Part shown: one piece after another, positions 20,755 to 30,059 of the stretch
Numbering within the stretch: the stretch's first letter is position 1
Layout of the letters: each line of letters begins with the position of its first letter
Assembly (NCBI GenBank): GCA_040756875.1
Contig: JBFLYH010000003.1
Span: 192,001-256,000 of the forward strand
Source of the DNA: a candidate division FCPU426 bacterium
Lineage (GTDB): Bacteria > Oederibacteriota > JAAXVQ01 > JAUVAV01
Direction: 5' to 3'
Length of the DNA stretch: 64,000 bases
Program-made: the position numbers and the translations under genes
Notes under the pieces: model-generated
What the model saw: only the letters and a program-made list of their open reading frames with translations
Told to the model about the DNA's origin: nothing
Database searches by the model: none

Positions 20755-21295
20755 TCTTGGGCGGATCGGCTGAACGCGCGGACCGCAGCATGCTGTTGAG
20801 GATTTCCTCTTCCGATTCGGTGGACGCCACCAGGAGCAGCTTTTCGATGGTCGTGGCCCGCAGGCAATGTTCGACCACGGTGAGGAAGGTGGTTTCGAAC
20901 GCGCGCGCCAGGGAAAAGCCGCCCACGCACAGGCCGGACGGCATCATGGCCACGCTCGCGCAGCGGTGTTCCCGGGCCACTTTGAGGGCCTCGGCCAGAG
21001 CCTGGTGGACCTGGCGCTCGTTGACCATCATGTCCTGCCCCCAGGCGGCCGCGTGGATCAGGTATTTGCATTTCAGGCGCCCGGCCGTGGTCAGCACGGC
21101 CCGGCCGACGGACACCGGGCCCAGTTCCATGGCCTCCCGCTCCAAATTGGAGCCGCCGCGCCGCTTGAGGGAATCGGAAAGATAGGAAGAAAACCACAGA
21201 TAATTGTTGGTGGGATGGATGATGACATCCACTTCCTGGGCGGCCAGGTCGCCGAACGCCACCACGATGCGGGTCGAACCGATTTTCAATTCCAT
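20738..21295 (-). CDS. Macro-domain protein (divergent)
   Basis: GDL..QEVDVII, G.AVLTTAGRLKCKYLIHA, SVAM fold motifs. Confidence 0.82.
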   Translation of the reverse strand: MELKIGSTRIVVAFGDLAAQEVDVIIHPTNNYLWFSSYLSDSLKRRGGSNLEREAMELGPVSVGRAVLTTAGRLKCKYLIHAAAWGQDMMVNERQVHQALAEALKVAREHRCASVAMMPSGLCVGGFSLARAFETTFLTVVEHCLRATTIEKLLLVASTESEEEILNSMLRSARSADPPKNEDNV

Positions 21296-21427
21296 GCGGT
21301 TTTCTCCGGGCAGAGTTTAGAAATTGTAGCACGCCGGAGCGCGGGCGGGCAAACAACTTTTCCGTACCTTTTTCCGCGGCACCCTGCTAGACTAGCGGCC
21401 GTCATCTGTTTTAAACAGGAGCCGTCC

Positions 21428-22225
21428 ATGCCCCCGAAAAACCGCTTCCCCGAACTGGTCCGCCTGATGGCCCGGCTGCGCGCGCCCGACGGCTGCCCGT
21501 GGGACCGCAAGCAGACGCACCGCTCGCTGCGCCCCTTTCTGCTCGAGGAAACGCACGAAGTGCTCGAAGCCATCGCCAGCCGGAGCCCCCGGCGCCTGCA
21601 GGACGAGCTCGGCGACCTCCTCTTCCAGATCATTTTTCACGCCCAGCTGGCCGCGGAAGCCGGGCAGTTCACCATCGACGACGTCGTCGCGGGCAGCCTC
21701 GCCAAAATGAAGCGGCGGCACCCGCATGTCTTCGGGAACGAACGCCTGCGGACGTCGGGGCAGGTGCTGGAAAACTGGGAGGAGATCAAACGCCGCGAAC
21801 GCGGCGGCTCGGGCAAATCGCTTCTGGACGGCGTGCCCCGCACGCTGCCGGCCCTGGTGCGCGCCCACCGCGTGCAGTCCAAGGCTGCGCGCGTGGGGTT
21901 CACCTGGAGCCGCTGGGAGGAGGCGATGGCCAAGGTTTTGGAGGAAGTCCGGGAATTGGAGCAGGCCCTGCTGTCCCGGCGCACGGTCCGCGTCCAGGAG
22001 GAACTGGGCGACGCCTTTTTCGCCCTCGTCAATCTGGCCCGCTTCGCCGGCACCAATCCCGAGGACGCCCTGCACCTGGCCGTGGCCAAATTCATCCGGC
22101 GCTTTGCGCGCGTGGAAAAGGAATCCAAGCGCCGGGGCCGTCCGCTGTCGGATTTTTCCCTGACCGAGCTGCTGCGGATCTGGAAGGGCGGGAAGAAATC
22201 GCGGCGCAAACGCCATCCGCGATAA
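21428..22225 (+). CDS. mazG: Nucleoside triphosphate pyrophosphohydrolase MazG
   Basis: LRAPDGCPWDRKQTH.SL...EETHEV...DELGDLLFQ...RRHPHVFG; second domain EELGD; start at ATG 21428. Confidence 0.95.
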   Translation: MPPKNRFPELVRLMARLRAPDGCPWDRKQTHRSLRPFLLEETHEVLEAIASRSPRRLQDELGDLLFQIIFHAQLAAEAGQFTIDDVVAGSLAKMKRRHPHVFGNERLRTSGQVLENWEEIKRRERGGSGKSLLDGVPRTLPALVRAHRVQSKAARVGFTWSRWEEAMAKVLEEVRELEQALLSRRTVRVQEELGDAFFALVNLARFAGTNPEDALHLAVAKFIRRFARVEKESKRRGRPLSDFSLTELLRIWKGGKKSRRKRHPR

Positions 22226-22227
22226 TC

Positions 22228-22255
22228 GTAGGGGCGTTCAATTGAACGCCCCTAC
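22228..22255. repeat. 28-bp GTAG-type REP-like palindrome, copy 2
   Basis: Perfect palindrome GTAGGGGCGTTCAATTGAACGCCCCTAC just after the mazG stop. Confidence 0.85.
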
Positions 22256-22264
22256 CCAATGAAA

Positions 22265-22424
22265 TCATTCCGGCAGGGGCGACCGCAGGCGACCGCAGGA
22301 AGTCCCTCGGCGTCCGAAGGACGCATATATAGGTCATTCAGGTAGGGGCGACCAAAGGAAGTCCCTTTAGGGAAAGTCCCTCGGCGTCCGAAGGACGCAT
22401 ATATAGGTTATTCCGGCAGGGGCG
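22265..22424. repeat. Tandem repeat units bounded by copies of the nagA 3' end
   Basis: 35-bp exact repeat at 22300-22334 and 22374-22408; 17-mer TYATTCMGGYAGGGGCG at 22265, 22334 and 22408. Confidence 0.8.
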
Positions 22425-23583
22425 GCTCCCCTGGCGCGCGGAAAATTTCCACGCCGCGGACGAACACCCGGCGGATCGAGAGGTCCGGCCCGGCCAGCAC
22501 CAGGTCCGCCAGACCGTTCACTCCGATGCGGCCCAGGCCTTTATGTCTGAGCAGCCGCGCGGGGTTGCGCGTGGCCATGCGGACCGCGTTGAAGATCGTC
22601 ATTTTCGGCATGTCCGCCGCCACGGTCACGCCCCGCCACAATGGATACACGCCGCCCGCGATCGTGCCGTCGGCCTGGCGCGCCAGGCCTTGCTCCACCT
22701 TCAAGGTTTCGACCTTCGGCTGGGTGTATTCGCCGTCCGGCAGTCCGGCCACCCAGCGGCAATCGGAAACCAGAATCAGCTCCCCCACCTTGCCCCGCAG
22801 GAACATGCTGAGCGCTTCCGGCGCCAGATGCACGCCGTCCGCGATCACTTCCGCGGTCAGCCGCGGATCAGCCAGGGCGGCGCCCACCAGGCCGGGATCC
22901 CGCTGGTGAAAAGGCCGCATGGCGTTGCCGAGATGCGTAACCAGGGTGGCCCCCCACTCCGCGGCGGCATGGGCCTGTTCAGCCGTGGCCAGCGAGTGGC
23001 CTAGGGCCGCCACCACGCCTTCGGAACGCAATTTCCTGACGACATCCTCGGCGCCCGGCAGTTCGGGCGCCACGGTCATGACCCTGATCTCACCCAAGCC
23101 GGCTTCCAGAATGGCGTCCAGCTCGTCCAAATCCACGGGCCGCACGACGTCAGCCGGAATCGAGCCGCGGGCTTCGGGGTTGAGATACGGCCCCTCCAGG
23201 TGCAGCCCCAGCAGCCGCAGGGGCGCCTGCTGCCGGGCTTCCTGCAGCAGCTCCGCCTGCCGAGCCAGATCGTCGAGGTCCCTGAAAAACACGGATAACA
23301 GCATGGCCGTGGTGCCCTGGCTGGCGTGGAAATAGCTCGCCGCCAGCAGGCCGCCCAGGGTCGAGGTGTCCGCCCCGCCGCCGCCGTGGCAGTGGATGTC
23401 CACCAGGCCGGGAAGCACCAGATAGCGCTGGGCGCCGATGAAGCTCTTGGGCGAAAACCGCCCGGCGGCTGACGAAGGCAGGATGTTCTCGATCCGCCGG
23501 CCGGAAATCACCACCAGCTTGTCTTCCAGCGGCTCTTCGTCGCCGGCCAAAGCCCGGGCCCGGATGATGAAGCGTTTGAGCAT
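22408..23583 (-). CDS. nagA: N-acetylglucosamine-6-phosphate deacetylase
   Basis: PGLVDIHCHG, GLHLEGPYLN, TVAPE, GHS, THLGNAM, IADGVH, NPA. Confidence 0.9.
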   Translation of the reverse strand: MLKRFIIRARALAGDEEPLEDKLVVISGRRIENILPSSAAGRFSPKSFIGAQRYLVLPGLVDIHCHGGGGADTSTLGGLLAASYFHASQGTTAMLLSVFFRDLDDLARQAELLQEARQQAPLRLLGLHLEGPYLNPEARGSIPADVVRPVDLDELDAILEAGLGEIRVMTVAPELPGAEDVVRKLRSEGVVAALGHSLATAEQAHAAAEWGATLVTHLGNAMRPFHQRDPGLVGAALADPRLTAEVIADGVHLAPEALSMFLRGKVGELILVSDCRWVAGLPDGEYTQPKVETLKVEQGLARQADGTIAGGVYPLWRGVTVAADMPKMTIFNAVRMATRNPARLLRHKGLGRIGVNGLADLVLAGPDLSIRRVFVRGVEIFRAPGEPPLPE

Positions 23584-23590
23584 GTTCGCC

Positions 23591-23968
23591 CTACCCTTCC
23601 AACACGACGGTGGCGGCCGCGTAGCCGTAGCTGTGGGACAGGGACAGCCAGTTCCGTTTGACCCCCGCGCGCCGCGACAGCTCCTGCGCGCGCCCGCTCA
23701 GGCGCAATTGCGGCCGGCCGGTGCGGTTGCGCACTACTTCCACTTCCGTCCACTTGACGCCCCGCGCCCAGCCGGTCCCCAGGGCCTTGAAAAACGCCTC
23801 TTTAGCGCAAAAGCGGCCGCAAAAATGCTGGCCCGAGCGCTTCTGCCGACGGCAGTAGGCGATTTCGGCGGGCGTGAAGGTCTTGCGGAGAAACGCCGCG
23901 CCGCTGCGCTCGATCGCGCGCTCCAAGCGCGCGATTTCCTGGATGTCGAGGCCCACGCCGATCACCAT
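23591..23968 (-). CDS. acpS: Holo-ACP synthase
   Basis: IGVGLDI, FTPAEI, GRFCAKEAFFKALGTG, SLSHS. Confidence 0.93.
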   Translation of the reverse strand: MVIGVGLDIQEIARLERAIERSGAAFLRKTFTPAEIAYCRRQKRSGQHFCGRFCAKEAFFKALGTGWARGVKWTEVEVVRNRTGRPQLRLSGRAQELSRRAGVKRNWLSLSHSYGYAAATVVLEG

Positions 23969-24034
23969 GTGCGAAAGTTCCTTTCAGGATTCGATCGATT
24001 ATACACCAAGAAAGGGCCGGGGGGAATGGATGGT

Positions 24035-25501
24035 TCAGCGGAGCTGTTCCAGGCGGAGAAACAGGTGCACCAGTTCCGGGTCCAGTTCGCTGCCGGCGAG
24101 CCGGCGCAGCGATTCCCGCGCCTGTCCGGCGGGCTGGGGCGTGGCCCCGGGATAATCGCTGGTCAGCCGGTCGAAGGCGTTGGCCACGGCCAGCAGGCGC
24201 GCGAACAGGGGGATGGCTTCGCCGCGCAGCCGGTCCGGATAGCCGGAACCGTCAAACCATTCATGATGGGCCCGGATCAAGGCCGGCGCGTCGGGCAAAA
24301 ATCCCAGAGGCTTGACGATGTTCGCGCCGACTTCCACGTGCGTGCGCAGCACCTGCTGCTCCCAATCGCTGAGCTTGGCCCGCTGGCGGAGGATGTCCTC
24401 GGGCACCGCGATCTTGCCGATGTCGTGCAGCAGGGCGAGATATTCCAGCCGGTGAAGTTCCACCTCGTCCAGCTTCAGTCCCTGCCCCAGGCGCCGGGCA
24501 TAGCGGGCCACGCGCTGCGAATGGTTGAAGGTGAAGGCGTCCTTGGCTTCCAGCGTGGCCAGCAGGGCTTTCACCGAGCCGTGGAAGGACCGCTGCAGTT
24601 CGCGCGTCAGTTCGAGGTGGTCCAGGGCCGAGGCGGCCAGGCTTCCGAGCACCCCCAAAAATTGCAGCGTCTCGGAACCAAAGGCCGGGGCCGCGTTTCC
24701 GCGGTAAAGCAGCAGGGCGCCGCGGACCCGTCCGTTCCGCAAAAACGGCATGGCCAGGATCGAGCCGCCGGCGAAGGTGTCGACGAAATCCTGGTCCCGG
24801 GCCACGTCCGGCACGTACAGGGCGCGGCGGTGGCGCTGCAGCCATTCCAGGACGTATTCCTCGCCCGCGGAGATCTCCCCGGCCGCGGGCTGTCCGCGGA
24901 GAAAAAGGCTGCGGAATGCGAAGCCGGGCTGGTCCGCCTGGTATAAAACCAGCAGGGACCGGTCGGACTTGAGGATCTGCTGCACCATGGTCTGCAGCCG
25001 GGAGCCGAGCTTCGTCAAGTCCTGGTCCCGGGAAAACGCCATCCCGATTTCCTCGAGCACCGAATATTCCAGCAGGCGTTGTTTGAGGTTCCGGTCCTGG
25101 CGGCGTTCCTGGATCTTGGCCGGGGCCGGCGGGAAGCTGTTGCGGGTCAGCGCGTAGTCCACCGCCTCACGGACCGTGGCAACGTCGAAGGGTTTGACGA
25201 TCAAATCGCGGGCGCCCTGGTCCAGGGCCTCGGTCACCGTGGCTTCCGTGGCATAAGCGGAAATCAGGATCACGGACGTGAGGGTGCCCCAGCGTTCGCG
25301 GATGGTCCGCAGGAGTTCCATGCCGTCCATGCGGGGCATAAGGATGTCCGAGAGCACCAGGTCGAACGTCCGCTGCCCCAGCCGCTCCATGGCTTCCATG
25401 CCGTCCACTGCGGTCTCGATGACGTGGTTCTGGTCCCCCAGGATCAGGCTGAGGGACTCCCGGATGCCGCGGTCGTCGTCCACGACCAGAATTCTCGACA
25501 T
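24035..25501 (-). CDS. Response regulator with REC, GAF-like and HD-GYP domains
   Basis: LVVDDD, LSDILMP, KPF; HSQRVA, LLHDIGKI, HHEWFDGSGYP. Confidence 0.88.
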   Translation of the reverse strand: MSRILVVDDDRGIRESLSLILGDQNHVIETAVDGMEAMERLGQRTFDLVLSDILMPRMDGMELLRTIRERWGTLTSVILISAYATEATVTEALDQGARDLIVKPFDVATVREAVDYALTRNSFPPAPAKIQERRQDRNLKQRLLEYSVLEEIGMAFSRDQDLTKLGSRLQTMVQQILKSDRSLLVLYQADQPGFAFRSLFLRGQPAAGEISAGEEYVLEWLQRHRRALYVPDVARDQDFVDTFAGGSILAMPFLRNGRVRGALLLYRGNAAPAFGSETLQFLGVLGSLAASALDHLELTRELQRSFHGSVKALLATLEAKDAFTFNHSQRVARYARRLGQGLKLDEVELHRLEYLALLHDIGKIAVPEDILRQRAKLSDWEQQVLRTHVEVGANIVKPLGFLPDAPALIRAHHEWFDGSGYPDRLRGEAIPLFARLLAVANAFDRLTSDYPGATPQPAGQARESLRRLAGSELDPELVHLFLRLEQLR

Positions 25502-25712
25502 GCCGACCTCCCAGGCGCTGCTTGCGGCCTATGCACACTTTCGGAAGCCGCTTCCCCGGACCTTAGACGACCGCTGTGATTATACCATCCTTTCTCGCCC
25601 CCGAATGACGCTCCCAAAAAGTGCTTTCGCGGATCCCTTTTCTTCCCTATAATAACCCCATTCTCGCTTCTGTGGAGGCCCGGGGCCTGCACAGGGAATT
25701 CTCAGGGTATCC

Positions 25713-26582
25713 ATGCGGACCAAAGAACCAATCACCTCCGTCATCCGGCGGCGCAAATCCTGGCGCACTTTTCTGAACCGTCCCCTGTCGGCGCAGGTCC
25801 GCGAACGCATCAACCGGCTGCTCTCGGAAGAGTTGCAGGCTCCGTTCCCGGGTTCCTGGCGGTTTCACCTGAAGGACTACAAACCGGCCGGCGGCCAAAC
25901 CCCGGTCCGCCTCGGGACATACGGCACCATCGCCGGAGCCCGGCATTTCGTCATCGGCGCCGTCTCCGAGGGAGCGTTCGATCTGGTGAACTACGGCTAC
26001 CTGATGGAGCGGATCATTCTCGAACTCACGTCCCTGGGGCTGGGAACCTGCTGGCTGGGCGCGACCTTCGACCACCGCTCGTTCGCCGCATTGATTTCCG
26101 CCCGGCCGGACGAATTGGTGCCGGCGGTCACGCCGGTGGGCGAAATGTCCCCGCGCCGCGGCCTCAACGGGCACATCATGGATCTGTACGCCACGGCGCA
26201 CACCCGCAAGCCCTGGCAGGAGCGTTTCTTTCTGGGCGGCTTCTCCCGGCCGCTCCTGCCGGCTGAAGCCGGCTTGTACGCCGAGCCCCTGGAGATGGTG
26301 CGCATCGCCCCCTCGGCTTCGAACCGCCAGCCCTGGCGGATCGTGCGGGACGCCCGCGCCGGCGTCTACCATTTCTATCTGCGCCGCAATCCCGTATATA
26401 TCGGATTGATCCACGCCGCTTTCAAGGCGCACGATCTCCAGCAATTGGATTTGGGAATAGCCATGTGCCATTTCGAATTGACGGCCAGGGAGTTCGGACT
26501 GTCCGGCAGCTGGGTCGTGGCAGATCCCGGGCTGAAACCGCTTCCCAAGCTGACGGATTATTTCGTCACTTGGGCCGGTTGA
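25713..26582 (+). CDS. Two-domain nitroreductase-family protein
   Basis: IRRRKSWRTF, SLGLGTCWLG, RIAPSASNRQPWR, LDLGIAMCHF. Confidence 0.88.
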   Translation: MRTKEPITSVIRRRKSWRTFLNRPLSAQVRERINRLLSEELQAPFPGSWRFHLKDYKPAGGQTPVRLGTYGTIAGARHFVIGAVSEGAFDLVNYGYLMERIILELTSLGLGTCWLGATFDHRSFAALISARPDELVPAVTPVGEMSPRRGLNGHIMDLYATAHTRKPWQERFFLGGFSRPLLPAEAGLYAEPLEMVRIAPSASNRQPWRIVRDARAGVYHFYLRRNPVYIGLIHAAFKAHDLQQLDLGIAMCHFELTAREFGLSGSWVVADPGLKPLPKLTDYFVTWAG

Positions 26583-26603
26583 ACTCAGCGCGGAAGGGTC
26601 CGC

Positions 26604-27239
26604 ATGCCTACAGCCTCCCCGGAATTTTTCTGGTTCTCGGGCCTCTTGCTGGGATTGACCGGCGCCCTGACGCCGGGGCCGCTTTTCCTGCTGGTGGTCT
26701 CGAACAGCCTGCGTCACGGAACCGCGGCCGGCGTGCAGGTCGCTTTCGCGCCCTTGCTCACCGATCTCCCCATCTTTTGCGCCAGTTTCTGGCTCACCCG
26801 CCACGCCGGCCTGCATCCGGGCTGGCTGGCGCTGCTGCAGGCGGCCGGAGGAATTTTTCTGCTTTTCTTGTCCTGGAAAACCGTGCGCAGCCGCATGCCC
26901 GCGCCTGGCCAAGGCCCTGAAACGCCCGCGCCCTGGCTGCAGGGCGTGATCGCCAACAGTCTGAACCCCCACCCGTATTTGTTCTGGTTCACGGTCGGCA
27001 GCCCCCTGGCCTGGCAGGGGTTCGCGCACGGGGCGGCCTCGGGCATCGGCGTGATCGCGGGCATTTACCTGGCCCTGGTGGGCGGAAAAATATTCCTGGC
27101 CTGGCTGGCAGGGCGCGGCCGGCAGGCGTGGCTGGAGCAGCCGGTTTTTCTCTGGCTCCTGCGCGGATTGGGGCTGGTGTTGGGGGCGTACGCCCTGCTG
27201 TTTTTATACGCCGGCTTCCACGCCTGGGGATGGATATAA
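26604..27239 (+). CDS. LysE-family transporter
   Basis: ALTPGPLFLLV.SNSLRHG, NSLNPHPYLFW. Confidence 0.87.
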   Translation: MPTASPEFFWFSGLLLGLTGALTPGPLFLLVVSNSLRHGTAAGVQVAFAPLLTDLPIFCASFWLTRHAGLHPGWLALLQAAGGIFLLFLSWKTVRSRMPAPGQGPETPAPWLQGVIANSLNPHPYLFWFTVGSPLAWQGFAHGAASGIGVIAGIYLALVGGKIFLAWLAGRGRQAWLEQPVFLWLLRGLGLVLGAYALLFLYAGFHAWGWI

Positions 27240-27301
27240 CCCGGGGTATTGCCTTCTTTTTTTCGGGCGCCCCCGCAGTTCATTACACAGGAGGTGCGTT
27301 C

Positions 27302-27907
27302 ATGCACGGAAAACTCATCGTCATTTCGGGTCTGCTGGCCTTTAGCCTCGGGGCCGCGGCTGCCGCGGCCGAACAACCCGCGGCCGCGCGCGGCGCGCTG
27401 GACATCATCCATGCGCGTAAAAGCGTCCGGCACTACCTGCCGCAGCCGGTCAGCGAAGAACTGCTCACCACGCTTATGAAAGCCGGCATGGCCGCACCCA
27501 CGGCCGCCGACAAGCGGCCGTGGGCGTTCGTGGCCGTCACGGACCCGGCCCGGCGCCGCTCGCTGGCGCAAGCCCTGCCCTACGGAAAGATGCTGGAACA
27601 GGCGGGCGGCGCCATCGTGGTTTGCGGTCTTCCAAAGCAGTCCATGCCGGGCAAGGAATCCGAATATTGGATCCAGGATTGCTCCGCTGCCTCGGAAAAC
27701 ATCCTGCTCGCCTGCGAAGCCCTGGGGTTGGGCGCGGTCTGGGTCGGCGTGCATCCCGTGCCCGCCCGGGTCGAGGCGGTCCGGCGCGCGCTCTCCCTGC
27801 CCGCGTCCGTGGTGCCGCTCAATGTCATTTCCCTCGGCTATCCGGCGGGCGTCGAGAAGCCCAAGGACAAATTCGATCCTGCGGCCATCCATTGGAACCA
27901 GTGGTGA
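27302..27907 (+). CDS. Nitroreductase with predicted signal peptide
   Basis: AGGAGG RBS; MHGKLIVISGLLAFSLGAAAAA; RKSVRHY, AAPTAADKRPWAF, QDCSAASENILLA.EALGLGAVW. Confidence 0.88.
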   Translation: MHGKLIVISGLLAFSLGAAAAAAEQPAAARGALDIIHARKSVRHYLPQPVSEELLTTLMKAGMAAPTAADKRPWAFVAVTDPARRRSLAQALPYGKMLEQAGGAIVVCGLPKQSMPGKESEYWIQDCSAASENILLACEALGLGAVWVGVHPVPARVEAVRRALSLPASVVPLNVISLGYPAGVEKPKDKFDPAAIHWNQW

Positions 27908-29118
27908 AGCGGCCCCGTTTCTCCCCCTGGCTGCGACTGCTGCTCGTCGCGGCGGTGGCAGGCTGGGCCGGGCTGGGCCACTGGCAGCGCAGCCGCCAAG
28001 CGGCTGAAACCGGCGCGGTGCTGGCGGTGCAACAGGTCGACTGGGAAACCGTGCTTTCCCTGTTTCCCGGAGCCAAGCAGCTGGCGCCCCTGTCCGGGGA
28101 CCCGGGCCTGGGCCAGGTGAAGGACGCCCAGGGCCGCCTGCTCGGCGCCTTGCTCCTGAGTTCCCCGCGCAGCGACCTGATCCGGGGCTACCATGGCCCC
28201 ACGCCGCTGGCCATCGGCTTGAAGCCTGACGGCCGGATCGCGGGCGTGCGGCTGCTGGCCAACGGAGAAAGCCGCGGCTTCGTGCGGCAGATGGAGGAAG
28301 CGGGCCTGCTGCGAAGCTGGGACGAACTCCCCTGGCAGGAGGCCGCAAGCTTGAAGGTTGACGCGGTCACCCGCGCCACCCTGACCTCCTCGGCGGTCAT
28401 CCGCACCCTGCAGCACCGGCTCTCTCTGCTGACGCCAGGCGCCCTGCGCCGGCCGGCCGCTCCGGCGGGCGTGGATTGGCCAGCGCTGGCCTTGCTGCTG
28501 GCCGCCGCCGTGCTTTTCCTGCGGCCTTTTCCCCCGGCGCGCTGGCTGCGCCTGTTGCTGCTCCTGGGTTCGGTGCTTTACCTGGGAATAGGGCGGGGCT
28601 GGTTTCTGTCGCTGGATTTGTTTGCAGGCTGGCTGAACTACGGCTGGTCCTGGCCCGGCGTGCTGGTCCTGGCGCTAATGGCCGGTTTGGCCGTGATCCT
28701 GGCGCTGGCCACGCGCCGGCCTTTCTACTGCTACTATGTCTGCCCGTTCGGCGCGGCGCAGGAATTGCTGTTCCGCTTTTCGCCGTTTAAAAACCGCTGG
28801 CCCAGGCCCCGGTTTCCCTGGCTCAAACGGGCGCGCGAAGCGCTGCTGGCCGCCGGCGCCCTCCTGCTGCTGGCCGGCGCGGGCTCCTGGCTGTCGCAAC
28901 TCGAGCCTTTTGCCGCGTTCCTGCCGCGCTCGGCCGGCGCCTGGGTGCTGATTCTGGCCGGCCTCATGCTGGCTGTGTCTTTGATTTGGAACCGTTGGTG
29001 GTGCACGACCTTCTGCCCCACCGGCGCCTTGTTGGATGGTTTTTGCCTGCGGCCCCCCGACCGCGCGCGCAAACCGGCGCGGCCGGGAGAAAATCCGGCA
29101 ACCGAACAGACGGGCTAA
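27904..29118 (+). CDS. FMN-binding plus 4Fe-4S-binding membrane protein (NosR/RdhC-like architecture)
   Basis: GYHGPTP, VDAVTRATLTS flavinylation-like motif, TM helices, two CxxxCP motifs (CYYVCP, CTTFCP); GTGA overlap with the nitroreductase. Confidence 0.83.
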   Translation: MKRPRFSPWLRLLLVAAVAGWAGLGHWQRSRQAAETGAVLAVQQVDWETVLSLFPGAKQLAPLSGDPGLGQVKDAQGRLLGALLLSSPRSDLIRGYHGPTPLAIGLKPDGRIAGVRLLANGESRGFVRQMEEAGLLRSWDELPWQEAASLKVDAVTRATLTSSAVIRTLQHRLSLLTPGALRRPAAPAGVDWPALALLLAAAVLFLRPFPPARWLRLLLLLGSVLYLGIGRGWFLSLDLFAGWLNYGWSWPGVLVLALMAGLAVILALATRRPFYCYYVCPFGAAQELLFRFSPFKNRWPRPRFPWLKRAREALLAAGALLLLAGAGSWLSQLEPFAAFLPRSAGAWVLILAGLMLAVSLIWNRWWCTTFCPTGALLDGFCLRPPDRARKPARPGENPATEQTG

Positions 29119-30026
29119 CGGACCATGCGGATGTTGGGCACGGCCGGTACATCCGCAATGCCCAGGGCCTTGCTGGTCTCCATGTTGATGAAGGTGATGA
29201 TCAGGCGCGGATACTCCAGGATGACGTTCTCCTGCAGCTGTTTTCCCAGCAGGCGTTCCACCAGGTCCGCGGTCTGCCTTCCCATGTCCTGGTAGTCCAC
29301 CGAAAAAGCCGCGAAAGCGCCGGCCCGCACCTGATATTCCGAGATGCCGATCAGGGGCAGTTTGTGATCCAGGGCAAACTGGTTGACCACCGCAAAAGCC
29401 TGGGGATGGGCCGCGGTTTTATCCGGGATGGACCAAATCAAATCGGGTTTCTTGCCTTCGAGGGACTGAAGCGCCATGGCCGCGTCCTCGGGCTCCTTGA
29501 CCACGGCCGTGACCAGCTTCAAACCCTGCTTTTCGGCGGCCGCCAGGGCTTTTTGGATCAACGGTTCCGAATCAGCCGGGTTGTACAGCACGCCCGCGGT
29601 CTTGGCCGAGGGCAGCAGTTTGCGGATGCGGCTGAACTGGCTGTCCGTGTCCACGGTCATCACCAGTCCGGCCACCTTCTTCGCATCAGGCAGGGCTTGC
29701 GGCTCGATCACCATGGTGTAAATGATGGGCACGGCGGGCGTGGACTGCTGGGCGGCGCGCACTGCACTGATCCCCAGCAGCACCACGGCGTCCAGCCGCT
29801 TGTCCGCCAGGCTTTCAAACACGCGCCGGCCTTCCTCCACGGATCCTTTGAGATTGAAGGTCATGACTTCCTGGGAGATGGCGTGTTCGAACGCCTCCTG
29901 GGCTTCGCGGTACGGACCCAGGGTTTCCCCCGTGATCACCGCCAGGCCTTTGGCTCCCGCGGCCGCCGGCAACAACAGGGCAGCCGCCCATCCTGCAATC
30001 CACCACTGCCAGATGCGTTTGTTCAT
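29115..30026 (-). CDS. ABC-type substrate-binding-like periplasmic protein
   Basis: Signal peptide; GVLYNP, DY.DMGRQTA, INMETSKALGI. Confidence 0.8.
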   Translation of the reverse strand: MNKRIWQWWIAGWAAALLLPAAAGAKGLAVITGETLGPYREAQEAFEHAISQEVMTFNLKGSVEEGRRVFESLADKRLDAVVLLGISAVRAAQQSTPAVPIIYTMVIEPQALPDAKKVAGLVMTVDTDSQFSRIRKLLPSAKTAGVLYNPADSEPLIQKALAAAEKQGLKLVTAVVKEPEDAAMALQSLEGKKPDLIWSIPDKTAAHPQAFAVVNQFALDHKLPLIGISEYQVRAGAFAAFSVDYQDMGRQTADLVERLLGKQLQENVILEYPRLIITFINMETSKALGIADVPAVPNIRMVR

Positions 30027-30059
30027 AAGTCCCTCGCAGGCCCCGCGTTCGCGGGACGG

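Noticed and set aside
19370-22225. Anti-phage defence island (MazG plus macro domain)
   Set aside because: MazG is the full-length two-domain housekeeping type in a maf/nagA/acpS context, with no other defence genes.
22265-22424. Possible mini CRISPR array
   Set aside because: Only two units, the would-be spacers are near-identical, the repeat equals the nagA 3' end, and there are no cas genes.
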